Made by a program: the position numbers and the translations under genes
Shown: positions 39,376 through 48,879 of the stretch, piece by piece
Layout: every line of letters starts with the position of its first letter
Position numbering within the stretch: the first letter of the stretch is position 1
Notes under the pieces: generated by a model
The model's input: the letters and a program-made list of their open reading frames with translations, nothing else
Told to the model about the DNA's origin: nothing
The model's database searches: none
Assembly: GCA_045546235.1 (NCBI GenBank)
Contig: JAZQCL010000007.1
Location: 3,617-67,616, forward strand
Length of the DNA: 64,000 nt
Origin: Acutalibacteraceae bacterium
GTDB taxonomy: Bacteria; Bacillota; Clostridia; Oscillospirales; Acutalibacteraceae
Reading direction: 5' to 3'

Positions 39376-40842
39376 ATGTTTAAAAAAACCACACCCGAAA
39401 AAGCCGGCATAAGCTCCCACGCTTTATTAGACACCATTAGCCGCGTTGAAAGAAACGGCTATAATTTCCACAGCTTTATGGTGATGAAGGACCAAGAGGT
39501 TTTAGCAGAAGCCTACTGGAAACCCTTTAAGCAGGATAAGCCCCACCGTATGTATTCCATAACCAAAAGCTTTGTTGCCGTTGCTATAGGTGCATTATAT
39601 ACAAAAGGTCTTGTTGATTTAGACCGCCCCTTTGTTTCCTACTACCCCGAATACGAATACCTTAACATAAAGGAAAACCTTAAAAAGCAGACCATTCGCG
39701 AAATGCTTACTATGACCACCGGAGCAACTCCAACCAACTGGTTTGACGCCGAAAGTGACGACCGCTTGGCACACTATCTTTCCTCTGATGCCAAACGTAT
39801 GCCCGGCACCTGGTTCCAATACGACAGCTCGGGTAGCTTTGCTCTTGGTTGCCTTGTGGAAAAAATCAGCGGCCAAAAGCTTATGGATTTTATGAGAGAA
39901 AGTTTCCTTAACGAAATCGGTTTTTCAAAAGATGCATATATGCTTTCCTGCCCCGGCGGACACTCCTGGGGCGACAGCGCCATGATATGCAGCACCCGTG
40001 ACCTTGCCTTGTTTGCGCAGCTTGTTATGAACAAGGGCGAATGGAAGGGCAAGCAGCTTATTGATAAAGGCTATATGACCGAGGCTGTATCCAGCCTGAG
40101 CCGCCCGAATTTAGATAACGATATCGACCACAAATACGCCTACGGTTACCAAATCTGGAAACCCCGTGAAGATGCCTTCGCCTTTTGCGGAATGGGCGGT
40201 CAATATGCCATTGCACTGCCAAAGAAAAACCTTTTGTTCCTTTGCACTGCCGACAATCAATCCCCCAACACCGCAGTTAACACCGTTGCACTGTTCCACG
40301 CCGTGTTAGAGCTTTTCGACAATTTCGGCGAAGCCCTGCCTGAAAATACCGACGGCAACCAAAAGCTTCACGAATACTGCAACTCCAGGGTTCTTCGCTG
40401 TGCCATAGGCAACAGCCACAACCCGCTGGAAAAGGAAATCGACGGCAAGCTTTTTTACTGCGACGAAAACCCGATGGGTTGGGAATATTTTTCGATTAAC
40501 TTCGGCGAAAGGGTGCTGAAATACAAAAACGCCCAGGGCGAAAAGGAACTGAAATTCGGATTAGGCGCTCAGGAATTTCAAAAATTCCCCCAATGGGGCT
40601 ATTCGCACAAGGTTGGCTCGGAATGGGGCGGTGACCACAAGTACGATTGCGCCGTTTCCGCCGCCTGGCAACCCGGAGATAATTTCAGCATATTCGTGCA
40701 GATAATCGACGAATATTTTGGCAGGCTTACAATTAACATCTGCTTCCGCGATTCTAAGGTTTGCGGCGTATGTATGAACAAAACCGCCGAAAACTTTTTG
40801 CAGGAGTATCAGGGTAACCTTATTGCCCACGCAGAAAACTAA
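39376..40842 (+). CDS. Serine hydrolase, beta-lactamase/transpeptidase-like family
   Basis: S-x-x-K motif (MYSITKSF) in a class C beta-lactamase-like N-terminal domain, plus a ~170 aa C-terminal extension. No signal peptide. Confidence 0.7.
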   Translation: MFKKTTPEKAGISSHALLDTISRVERNGYNFHSFMVMKDQEVLAEAYWKPFKQDKPHRMYSITKSFVAVAIGALYTKGLVDLDRPFVSYYPEYEYLNIKENLKKQTIREMLTMTTGATPTNWFDAESDDRLAHYLSSDAKRMPGTWFQYDSSGSFALGCLVEKISGQKLMDFMRESFLNEIGFSKDAYMLSCPGGHSWGDSAMICSTRDLALFAQLVMNKGEWKGKQLIDKGYMTEAVSSLSRPNLDNDIDHKYAYGYQIWKPREDAFAFCGMGGQYAIALPKKNLLFLCTADNQSPNTAVNTVALFHAVLELFDNFGEALPENTDGNQKLHEYCNSRVLRCAIGNSHNPLEKEIDGKLFYCDENPMGWEYFSINFGERVLKYKNAQGEKELKFGLGAQEFQKFPQWGYSHKVGSEWGGDHKYDCAVSAAWQPGDNFSIFVQIIDEYFGRLTINICFRDSKVCGVCMNKTAENFLQEYQGNLIAHAEN

Positions 40843-40847
40843 CATAC

Positions 40848-40890
40848 AAAAAGGGTTGACTTCGCAAAAACGAAGTCAACCCTTTTGTTT
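40848..40890. terminator. Bidirectional terminator
   Basis: AAAAAGGGTTGACTTCG...CGAAGTCAACCCTTTT stem between convergent genes. Confidence 0.75.
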
Positions 40891-40905
40891 AGCTGCAATA
40901 ATCGG

Positions 40906-41859
40906 CTATCTTTCGGTGCGCACACTTTTTGAAAGAAAATCTTGATAAGCCAAGCCTATTCCTTCTTCAAGCCCGATTTCACAATTCCAGCCTAACTTTT
41001 CTAATTTAGAAACATCCAACAATTTTCTTGGGGTGCCGTCGGGTTTTTCGGAATCCCATTTAATTTCGCCCTTATACCCTACAGTTTCTGCCACTAATTC
41101 CGCAAGCTCTTTTATGGTAACCTCTCGGCCACTGCCAACGTTTAACGTTTCGTTTCCTAACTGATGGGCAGAATAGTTTTGCATTAAAAATACGCAGGCA
41201 TTGGCTAAATCATCTGTATATAAAAACTCTCTTTTTGGCGCGCCGCTACCCCAACATACTACCTCTTTAAGCTCTGCCTCCTTAGCCTCGTGGAAGCGGC
41301 GGATAAAGGCTGGAAGTACGTGGGAATTTTCGGGGTGATAATTATCGTTAATGCCGTAAAGATTGGTTGGCATAACGCTTATGTAATCGGTGCCGTACTG
41401 ACGGTTCAGGTATTCACAATATTTAAGGCCTGATATTTTTGCAAGTGCGTAAGCCTCGTTTGTGGGCTCTAAGCTACTTGTAAGCAGGCAGCTTTCCGGC
41501 ATTGGCTGAGGTGCCAGTTTGGGATAAATACAAGAGGAGCCTAAAAATACCAGTTTTTTTACACCCGTTTTAAAGGCGGCGTGTATAACATTCATTTCTA
41601 TCATCATATTGTCATACATAAAATCAGCAGGGTGGTTATTGTTTGCCAAAATGCCGCCGACCTTTGCGGCTGCCAAAAATACATATTCGGGCTTTTCCAC
41701 ATCAAAGAAGCTTTCCACCAAATCCTGGCGGCGAAGGTCAAGCTCTCGACTTTCCCTTACAACAATGTTATTATACCCATTCTTTTGTAAGCATCTTACT
41801 ATTGCAGAACCCACCATACCATTGTGGCCCGCAACATAAATCTTTGAATTCTTCTCCAT
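40906..41859 (-). CDS. fcl: GDP-L-fucose synthase (GDP-4-keto-6-deoxy-D-mannose 3,5-epimerase/4-reductase)
   Basis: [14 protein letters not shown] Rossmann motif, catalytic Y-x3-K (YALAK), and typical length once the start is set at MEKNSK (41859, 10 nt after the gmd stop). The track's upstream extension overlaps gmd. Confidence 0.9.
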   Translation of the reverse strand: MEKNSKIYVAGHNGMVGSAIVRCLQKNGYNNIVVRESRELDLRRQDLVESFFDVEKPEYVFLAAAKVGGILANNNHPADFMYDNMMIEMNVIHAAFKTGVKKLVFLGSSCIYPKLAPQPMPESCLLTSSLEPTNEAYALAKISGLKYCEYLNRQYGTDYISVMPTNLYGINDNYHPENSHVLPAFIRRFHEAKEAELKEVVCWGSGAPKREFLYTDDLANACVFLMQNYSAHQLGNETLNVGSGREVTIKELAELVAETVGYKGEIKWDSEKPDGTPRKLLDVSKLEKLGWNCEIGLEEGIGLAYQDFLSKSVRTER

Positions 41860-41869
41860 AAAATTCACC

Positions 41870-42955
41870 CTATTCAAAAGACATATGGTTTTCGCCCTGT
41901 GTTTTAACAAACTCAAGGTCGCTTTCAACCATAATTTTTACCAGCTCATCAAAGGACGTGGCTCTGGGATTCCAACCAAGCAGACTTTTGGCCTTCGACG
42001 GGTCACCCAAAAGATAATCTACGTCTGAGGGGCGGAAAAATCTCGGGTCAACGTCTACCAGTACCTTGCCGCTGTTTTTATCTATTCCCTTTTCATTTAT
42101 ACCTTCGCCTTCCCATTTCAGTTCAATTCCAACACACTTAAAGGCGGCATTAACAAACTCTCTAACCGTGCGTTTTTCACCTGTGGCAATTACAAAATCC
42201 TGAGGCTCTTTTTGCTGCAGAATAAGCCACATACATTCGACATAGTCCTTAGCGTAGCCCCAATCCCTTATGGAATCGAGATTACCTAAGGAAAGCTTTT
42301 CTTGAAGCCTTAAGGATATTCTTGCTGCGGCAAGGGTTATTTTTCTTGTTACAAAGGTTTCTCCCCTGCGCTCTGATTCGTGATTGAAAAGAATTCCGTT
42401 GGCTGCAAACATTCCGTAAGCTTCTCTGTAGTTTTTAACTATCCAATAGGCATATTGCTTAGCCACAGCGTAAGGAGAATAGGGATGGAACGGGGTTTCT
42501 TCGTTTAAAGACATTCCCTTATTCTCTACCTTTCCGTATAGCTCCGAAGTGGAGGCCTGATAAACCTTGGTTTTGCCCGAAAGGCCGCATATACGCACCG
42601 CCTCAAGTATTCTCAAGGTTCCCAAACCGTCGCAATTAGCGGTGTATTCAGGTACCTCGAAGGAAACCGCCACGTGGGATTGTGCCGCAAGGTTATAAAT
42701 TTCATCCGGCTGTGTTTCGTTGATAATTCTGACAATATTCATAGAATCAGTCATATCGCCGTGCAAAAGTATAAGCTTATTGGCGCGACCGCATTTTTTC
42801 ATCAGCTCTTCAACAAAGAGATGGTCTATACGCTGGGTATTATTAACACTGCTACGCCTTAAAATGCCGTAAACCTTATATCCCTTATCTAATAAAAATT
42901 CTGCTAAATAGGAACCGTCCTGACCGTTTATTCCGGTAATCAAAGCTGTTTTCAT
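41870..42955 (-). CDS. gmd: GDP-mannose 4,6-dehydratase
   Basis: [24 protein letters not shown] (YxxxK), and [20 protein letters not shown], which is diagnostic for Gmd. Confidence 0.95.
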   Translation of the reverse strand: MKTALITGINGQDGSYLAEFLLDKGYKVYGILRRSSVNNTQRIDHLFVEELMKKCGRANKLILLHGDMTDSMNIVRIINETQPDEIYNLAAQSHVAVSFEVPEYTANCDGLGTLRILEAVRICGLSGKTKVYQASTSELYGKVENKGMSLNEETPFHPYSPYAVAKQYAYWIVKNYREAYGMFAANGILFNHESERRGETFVTRKITLAAARISLRLQEKLSLGNLDSIRDWGYAKDYVECMWLILQQKEPQDFVIATGEKRTVREFVNAAFKCVGIELKWEGEGINEKGIDKNSGKVLVDVDPRFFRPSDVDYLLGDPSKAKSLLGWNPRATSFDELVKIMVESDLEFVKTQGENHMSFE

Positions 42956-42968
42956 ATTACTTTACCCC

Positions 42969-44309
42969 TTATACAGTATTTTTTGAAATTTCGTCCCACC
43001 CAAAAGACAAACGATGGATATCGTTGGCATCCGGTTCACCGATATGTACCTCTAAAAATTCCAACTCGGTTATCGCCTTAATTATGTGGTTTGCTCCACG
43101 CGGAATGGTAACGGAAATTCCGGGGCTCACGGTCATTTTCATATTTCCCAATATCATTTCTCCCTTGCCCTTAAGGAAAACCCATACCTCATTCCTTAGC
43201 TCGTGATAATGGAAGCTGGAAACCATTCCCGCAAACATTTTTACGTGCCTTGTAAGATTCGTGGCATCGTGGTCTACTGTTTTAAGCGTGCCCCAGCGAC
43301 GTTCTTCGTACATAGGCGGCATAGAAAGCTTTGCTACAATTTCTTTCAAGCCCTCGCTTGCGTTCTTATCGCTAACCAGTATACCGTCGGCTCCGGCTAC
43401 TACAACCGTATCCGAAAGACCACAGGCAATAATCGGAATGTCAAGCTCGTTTATTACCTTTGAATTATTACAGCCTTCAGTTATTGCGTTTCCGAGAGTT
43501 TCACGCTGCATCTCGTCTACCAAGGTGTTCCAGGTGCCAAGATCCTTCCATACTCCCTTAAAGGGAACTGCAATCATACTGTTACATCTTTCTAACACCT
43601 GATAATCGAAGCTTATTTTGGGTAGCTTTTCATAATTATTGTAAAGATAATCATAATCGGCACTAAGGCCCATATTTTTAAGCATTTCGGAAATAAGCCC
43701 TATTTTGAAACAGAATACACCGCAATTAAATACCGCACCTTTATTTAGCAACTCCACCGCCGTGGCATAATCGGGCTTTTCCACAAACTCCTTTACGGTG
43801 AAGTATCCGTCTTTTTGCTTATCGGGTACTATGTAGCCGTATTTCGAGGACGGGCTGTCGGGAATGGCACCCATTAAAGCAATATCTGCACCACTGCCCC
43901 TTAAATGTCCCTCTAACGAGCTGAGCACTGAAAAGTATTCATCTTCGGCATAAGGGTCTACGGGAAGTATTGTAATGCAATCCTCCGCTGTGGCACCGCA
44001 TTTGCTTATTGCGTACGCACAGGATAGTGCCACGGCAGGAAAGGTGTCCCTGCGTTCGGGCTCAACGGCAATTTCAATATCCCCTAACTGAGAGTGTATA
44101 ATTTCAAGCTGGGAATTACCTGCACAAATAAGGGTGTTATTTTCGCAATCTGCCGCCCTTAACTGCTTCATCACCCTTTGAACCATTGACATTTGTTCGC
44201 CACCGGAGTGAGAATCCTCAAAAATTTTGATATATTGCTTTGACCTTAAATCGTTTGAAAGAGGCCAAAGTCTTTTTCCAGAACCGCCTGATAAAAGCAC
44301 AGTATACAT
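42969..44309 (-). CDS. manC: Mannose-1-phosphate guanylyltransferase with C-terminal cupin (ManC type)
   Basis: N-terminal LSGGSGKRLWPLS nucleotidyltransferase motif, and a C-terminal cupin (HYHELRNEVWVFLKGKGEM). Confidence 0.85.
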   Translation of the reverse strand: MYTVLLSGGSGKRLWPLSNDLRSKQYIKIFEDSHSGGEQMSMVQRVMKQLRAADCENNTLICAGNSQLEIIHSQLGDIEIAVEPERRDTFPAVALSCAYAISKCGATAEDCITILPVDPYAEDEYFSVLSSLEGHLRGSGADIALMGAIPDSPSSKYGYIVPDKQKDGYFTVKEFVEKPDYATAVELLNKGAVFNCGVFCFKIGLISEMLKNMGLSADYDYLYNNYEKLPKISFDYQVLERCNSMIAVPFKGVWKDLGTWNTLVDEMQRETLGNAITEGCNNSKVINELDIPIIACGLSDTVVVAGADGILVSDKNASEGLKEIVAKLSMPPMYEERRWGTLKTVDHDATNLTRHVKMFAGMVSSFHYHELRNEVWVFLKGKGEMILGNMKMTVSPGISVTIPRGANHIIKAITELEFLEVHIGEPDANDIHRLSFGWDEISKNTV

Positions 44310-44433
44310 TATTTTTCTCCTGTTTTAAGATACTTTACATCGAACTTGTTTTATAGTATAATTGTTTTAAATAGACGTGTCATTAAATTTTATTGCCATA
44401 AAACATAAATATATTGCTATTTAAGGAGAAGTT

Positions 44434-45318
44434 ATGCCTAAAGTATATTCGTCAGAAATCAACGCGGGTAAAATAACAAACGATACCACTGTTTCCGAAC
44501 GCATAGTAAACACCCCCTCGGCAACTGCCAAGGCTATGCTTAATTATGTGCAGGAAATGGGAACACTTTTTTGCAAGCGCTCCCACCTTAGTGCAAGAAG
44601 TAAGCTTGATTCATACTTAATAATAATAGTACTTCGGGGCAGTGGAATCATAAACTATAATCACAACGATATTGGAATAAAAGCAGGAGATCTTGCATTT
44701 ATAGACTGTAACACCGAGTACTCCCACCGCTGCGACGAAAACGACCCCTGGGAGCTTACCTGGCTTCATTTTAACGGTCCCACAGCGAAGGCTATACATT
44801 CTACGTTTCTGAAGCGAAACGGCTCAATTTTGGTTAAACCCAACAATTTATCGTTATACCTTTCCCATTTCAGCAATCTGTACTCGGTAATGTCGCAAAA
44901 AAATCGGGATTACGAGTTTGTTGCATCTTCACAAATCAACACCATTTTTACTGCAATACTTTTGGAGAAGTCGAGAGGCAATATTAATAACACCACCAAT
45001 GAAAAAATCCACCAATTAAAAGAATATCTGGAGAAGAATTTCACTGCCAAGATTTCTTTAGACCGTTTAAGCGAAGATTTTTTCATAAGTAAATATTATA
45101 TGCTGCGGCAATTTAAAACGCTTTTCGGAATTACCATAGTTCAGTACCTAACCTTTTGCAGAATAAATCACGCCAAAAAGCTGTTGCGTTTTACCTCGAT
45201 GTCTGTGGCAGAGGTGGCAAATGAATGTGGCTTTGATGGTGCCAGCTATTTTAACAAGGTTTTTCACGATGCAGAAGGCATTACCGCCGGAAAATACCGC
45301 AAGCTTTGGGATAATTAG
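44434..45318 (+). CDS. AraC family transcriptional regulator
   Basis: Cupin-like N-terminus and AraC HTH (FISKYYMLRQFKTLFGITIVQYL..MSVAEVANECGFDGASYFNKVFHDAEGITAGKYR). It is transcribed divergently from manC-gmd-fcl. Confidence 0.9.
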   Translation: MPKVYSSEINAGKITNDTTVSERIVNTPSATAKAMLNYVQEMGTLFCKRSHLSARSKLDSYLIIIVLRGSGIINYNHNDIGIKAGDLAFIDCNTEYSHRCDENDPWELTWLHFNGPTAKAIHSTFLKRNGSILVKPNNLSLYLSHFSNLYSVMSQKNRDYEFVASSQINTIFTAILLEKSRGNINNTTNEKIHQLKEYLEKNFTAKISLDRLSEDFFISKYYMLRQFKTLFGITIVQYLTFCRINHAKKLLRFTSMSVAEVANECGFDGASYFNKVFHDAEGITAGKYRKLWDN

Positions 45319-45339
45319 AACACCATATATCAAAATAAA

Positions 45340-45373
45340 ACAGCCCCGCGGCAAAGAATAGCCGTGGGGCTGT
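45340..45373. terminator. Terminator hairpin (strong for the minus-strand AEC gene)
   Basis: ACAGCCCCGCGGC...GCCGTGGGGCTGT stem. The minus-strand reading is followed by TTTTATTTTG. Confidence 0.65.
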
Positions 45374-45376
45374 TGG

Positions 45377-46351
45377 TTATATAATTGTATTGACTATTGC
45401 ATACATAAGCGGAATGGTTAAGGTGCCCACCGTGTGGGATACCGTTGCCATTGATGCCCCTGTAGAGGCGTCGCCGCCATAGGCCGAGGGGAAAATAACG
45501 GTGTTTATGCCCATTGGTGTGGCATAGGCGAAAAGCGCCATAAGGGTTACAAGCTTTGGTGCGCCAAGCAGTATTAACACCGCAAGAATTATTGCGGGCT
45601 GAATAATAAGCCGCAAAAGTGTGGCCACATACACTTTTTTATTGTTGAACATTGTTTTTAAGGGATAGCCACCAATAACAAAGCCGGTAAGCAACATTGC
45701 AACAGGGGTCATACAATTTTTAAAATAGTCAACCGTAGTGGTTACAACCGAGGGAAGCTTCTCTGTTAAGCCGCTGATTCCAAGCACCGCACCTAAAAGA
45801 ATTGCAATGAATATTGGGTTAAGCAGATTTTTAAGGGGATTGGTTTTAGCGTTGCTTTTGGGTATCATAAGAATTATACCCCAGCTATAAACAATAAGGT
45901 TAAGGGGCAGGGTGAAAAGCAAATATTTATAAAGCACGTCTTCACCGTATACACCGCCCAAAATCGCAGGAACAATGGCGTTACCCATAAATCCGAAATT
46001 GCCGAAGCTCAGGGCGTATTTATAAATGTTACGGCTGTAATAGTCGCCGCCGCGTTTTATAAAAAAGTGGGAAAGGGGTACCGCCATAAGAACCGAAACC
46101 ACAAGCCCCACCACAGAAAACAGCAGAAAGCTGTAGTTACCCTTTATAGAATCTACTGTGCAATAATTCATAAAGGTGCTAAGGCTTAATGCCGGCACAA
46201 AAACATAGCTTTCCAGCTTTGACATAACCGCCGCCGAATTTTCGGGCAAAAGACTGCGCTTTCTGAGAACGAAGCCTATCACCATACATATAAACATTAT
46301 AAGCATTGGTGAAACCGTGGCAAGAAAGGTATCTAACATTGCAACAAACAC
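45377..46351 (-). CDS. AEC (auxin efflux carrier) family transporter
   Basis: 324 aa and about 10 TM. The N-terminal MLDTFLATVSPMLIMFICMVIGFVLRK and the overall layout are typical of the AEC/malate permease-like family. Confidence 0.7.
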   Translation of the reverse strand: MFVAMLDTFLATVSPMLIMFICMVIGFVLRKRSLLPENSAAVMSKLESYVFVPALSLSTFMNYCTVDSIKGNYSFLLFSVVGLVVSVLMAVPLSHFFIKRGGDYYSRNIYKYALSFGNFGFMGNAIVPAILGGVYGEDVLYKYLLFTLPLNLIVYSWGIILMIPKSNAKTNPLKNLLNPIFIAILLGAVLGISGLTEKLPSVVTTTVDYFKNCMTPVAMLLTGFVIGGYPLKTMFNNKKVYVATLLRLIIQPAIILAVLILLGAPKLVTLMALFAYATPMGINTVIFPSAYGGDASTGASMATVSHTVGTLTIPLMYAIVNTII

Positions 46352-46545
46352 TCCTTTTAAAGCTCTACTATTTTACATCTTCGTTAAAAAATTGTCAAGG
46401 TTAAAACCCCTGTAAATTTTAACTAAATTGTTGCACTAAGCGTTTTTCCGCTTGCGAAAAACAATGAAATATGCTATACTTATTGTAATTGTGGAAAAAC
46501 CGCAAAAAAATGTCGCACTTCCTTTGCGACGGAACGGAGAAATAT

Positions 46546-48477
46546 ATGGAAAAACAAAACGAATTCAAGCCGTATATTCCTGCTGAAAGGGTAACCCCCG
46601 AGCTTACCGTTACCTCTATTATTATGGGTATAATTTTAGCAGTTGTGTTCGGCGCGGCCAACGCCTACTTAGGCCTTAGAGTAGGTATGACTGTATCGGC
46701 ATCTATCCCCGCCGCAGTTATCTCGATGGGTGTTATACGTGTGCTGATGCGCAAAAATTCAATTCTTGAAAGCAACATTGTGCAGACCATTGGCTCTGCC
46801 GGTGAATCCTTAGCGGCAGGTGCCATTTTCACCCTTCCCGCCCTTTTCTTGTGGGCTAAAGAAGGCAAGATGGACAAGCCCGACATTTTGGAAATCTCAC
46901 TTATTGCTGTTATTGGCGGCTTACTTGGTGTATTCTTTATGGTACCCCTTCGCAATGCTCTTATTGTTAAAGAGCACGGCACACTTCCCTACCCCGAAGG
47001 CAAGGCTTGTGCAGAGGTTCTTTTAGCCGGTGAAAACGGCGGCTCAAGTGCAGGCAAGGTTTTTGCAGGTATGGGCTTTGCCGCTATATTCAAGTTTGTT
47101 ATCGACGGACTCAAAGCTGTTGCCGGCGAAGTAACCTTTGCCGTTAAAGGCTTTGCAGGCGCTATTGGCACCCAGATTTACCCTGCTGTAATGAGTGTGG
47201 GTTACATCTGTGGCCCCAAAATTTCCTCTTATATGTTCTCGGGCGGCGTGCTGAGCTGGCTTGTACTTATTCCCATTATTGTTATGTTTGGCGGTAACAC
47301 AGTTATGTACCCCTCGGCAGACCTGACAATAGGTGAAATTTTTGCCGCCGACGGCGCCAGCGGCATTTGGTCTTCCTACATTCGCTACATCGGTGCAGGC
47401 GCCCTGGCCGCAGGCGGGATTATAAGCCTTATTAAATCCCTGCCCTTAATTATTAAAACCTTTACCGGCGCAATTAAGAGTATGAGTGGCGCCGGTGCCG
47501 CAAGCGGTAAAAGAACCGAGCAGGATATCAACCTTAAAATAGTGCTTATAGCTATTGCTGTTCTTACACTTCTTGTATGGCTTGTTCCCGCTATTCCTGT
47601 TTCACTTTTGGGCGCTGTAATTATTGTTATTTTCGGCTTCTTCTTTGCCACCGTTTCCTCCCGAATGGTTGGCCTTGTTGGAAGCAGTAACAACCCCGTT
47701 TCGGGTATGGCCATTGCCACACTTCTTATTGCAACCTTAGTGTTAAAGCTTACTTCCGGCTCCGGAACTGCTGTAGCCGAATTAATGCGCAGCGCTATTG
47801 CAATTGGTTCTATTATTTGTATTGTTGCCGCAATTTCCGGCGACACCTCGCAAGACCTTAAAACAGGCTTCCTTTTAGGCTCTACCCCTAAAAAGCAGCA
47901 GTTTGGTGAAATCATCGGTGTTCTTGCCGCAGCCCTTGCCATTGGCGGTACACTCTACCTGCTCGACAGCGCTTGGGGCTTCGGTTCGCAAGAAATCGCC
48001 GCACCTCAGGCTACCCTTATGAAGATGATTGTAGAGGGTGTTACCAGCGGCAACCTGCCCTGGGGCTTGGTATTTATAGGCGTGTTTATTGCAGTGGTTG
48101 TAGAGCTTTTGGGAATTCCCGTGCTTCCCTTTGCAATTGGTATTTACCTGCCTGTTCACCTTAATGCCTGCATTATGGTTGGCGGACTTGTTCGCTTGTT
48201 TGTTGACAAAATTAAAAATTCCGAAAAAAGAGAAAAGGCAACCAGCAACGGCATTCTTTTCTGTTCGGGTATGATTGCCGGCGAAGGCCTGGTTGGTATA
48301 TTGCTTGCCCTGTTTGCAGTATTCGGCTTAGATAAGGCTATCGACCTTTCTAAGTATATTAAGCTTCCCACCTGGGGCGGCAATATCTTAAGCCTTGTTG
48401 TATTCGGCCTTGTAATTCTTTCCTTAGTATACTTCGCAGTTCTTAAAAAAGATAAGGCAAACAAGAATGAAAAATAA
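46546..48477 (+). CDS. OPT family oligopeptide transporter
   Basis: MEKQNEFKPYIPAERVTPELTVTSIIMGIILAVVFGAANAYLGLRVGMTVSASIPAAV is the characteristic OPT N-terminus. Many TMs. The ATG at 46546 follows GGAACGGAG. Confidence 0.85.
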   Translation: MEKQNEFKPYIPAERVTPELTVTSIIMGIILAVVFGAANAYLGLRVGMTVSASIPAAVISMGVIRVLMRKNSILESNIVQTIGSAGESLAAGAIFTLPALFLWAKEGKMDKPDILEISLIAVIGGLLGVFFMVPLRNALIVKEHGTLPYPEGKACAEVLLAGENGGSSAGKVFAGMGFAAIFKFVIDGLKAVAGEVTFAVKGFAGAIGTQIYPAVMSVGYICGPKISSYMFSGGVLSWLVLIPIIVMFGGNTVMYPSADLTIGEIFAADGASGIWSSYIRYIGAGALAAGGIISLIKSLPLIIKTFTGAIKSMSGAGAASGKRTEQDINLKIVLIAIAVLTLLVWLVPAIPVSLLGAVIIVIFGFFFATVSSRMVGLVGSSNNPVSGMAIATLLIATLVLKLTSGSGTAVAELMRSAIAIGSIICIVAAISGDTSQDLKTGFLLGSTPKKQQFGEIIGVLAAALAIGGTLYLLDSAWGFGSQEIAAPQATLMKMIVEGVTSGNLPWGLVFIGVFIAVVVELLGIPVLPFAIGIYLPVHLNACIMVGGLVRLFVDKIKNSEKREKATSNGILFCSGMIAGEGLVGILLALFAVFGLDKAIDLSKYIKLPTWGGNILSLVVFGLVILSLVYFAVLKKDKANKNEK

Positions 48478-48820
48478 AAAGACAGAACAAAAAAACAATT
48501 ATCTGGACCGCATACCTATGCGCCACCCCAACCTTGAATGGACCCTCGGTGACGACGGCTTGGTTACCCTTAATAAAAAGAACCTTGGCATTGCAAACAA
48601 GGTTGCGCAAAAGCTGTTCCGCAAGCCCCCCGTAAGCTATATTCATTTAGACCGCCACGGCAGCTTTATATGGCAGCTTTTAGACGGCGAAAAAACAGTT
48701 GAGGCTTTGGGCGAACCGGTAAAACAGGAATTCGGCGAAGAGGCCGAGCCGCTGTACCCCCGCCTTGCTAAGTTTTTAAGCATTCTTGATAGCTACAAGT
48801 TTATTACCTGGGTTGAATAA
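48467..48820 (+). CDS. PqqD-family (RRE-like) small protein
   Basis: GSFIWQLLDGEKTVEALGEPVKQEFGEEAEPLYPRLAKFLSILDSYKFITW fits the PqqD winged-helix pattern (W..LDG..T..E....L......E......FL..L). It overlaps the OPT stop by 11 nt. The start could instead be at 48518. Confidence 0.6.
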   Translation: MKNKKTEQKNNYLDRIPMRHPNLEWTLGDDGLVTLNKKNLGIANKVAQKLFRKPPVSYIHLDRHGSFIWQLLDGEKTVEALGEPVKQEFGEEAEPLYPRLAKFLSILDSYKFITWVE

Positions 48821-48828
48821 TTAATTTT

Positions 48829-48861
48829 AAGCGGTCGGTAACCCGACCGCTTGACTTTTTT
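48829..48861 (+). terminator. Rho-independent terminator
   Basis: AAGCGGTCGG-TAAC-CCGACCGCTT stem followed by GACTTTTTT. Confidence 0.8.
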
Positions 48862-48879
48862 CGGAGATGTAAAATTTTT

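Noticed and set aside
41860-41928. An apparent 59-nt overlap between the gmd and fcl reading frames.
   Set aside because: The overlap is an artefact of taking the longest ORF. The Rossmann fold of Fcl begins right after MEKNSK at 41859, which has its own RBS 10 nt after the gmd stop.
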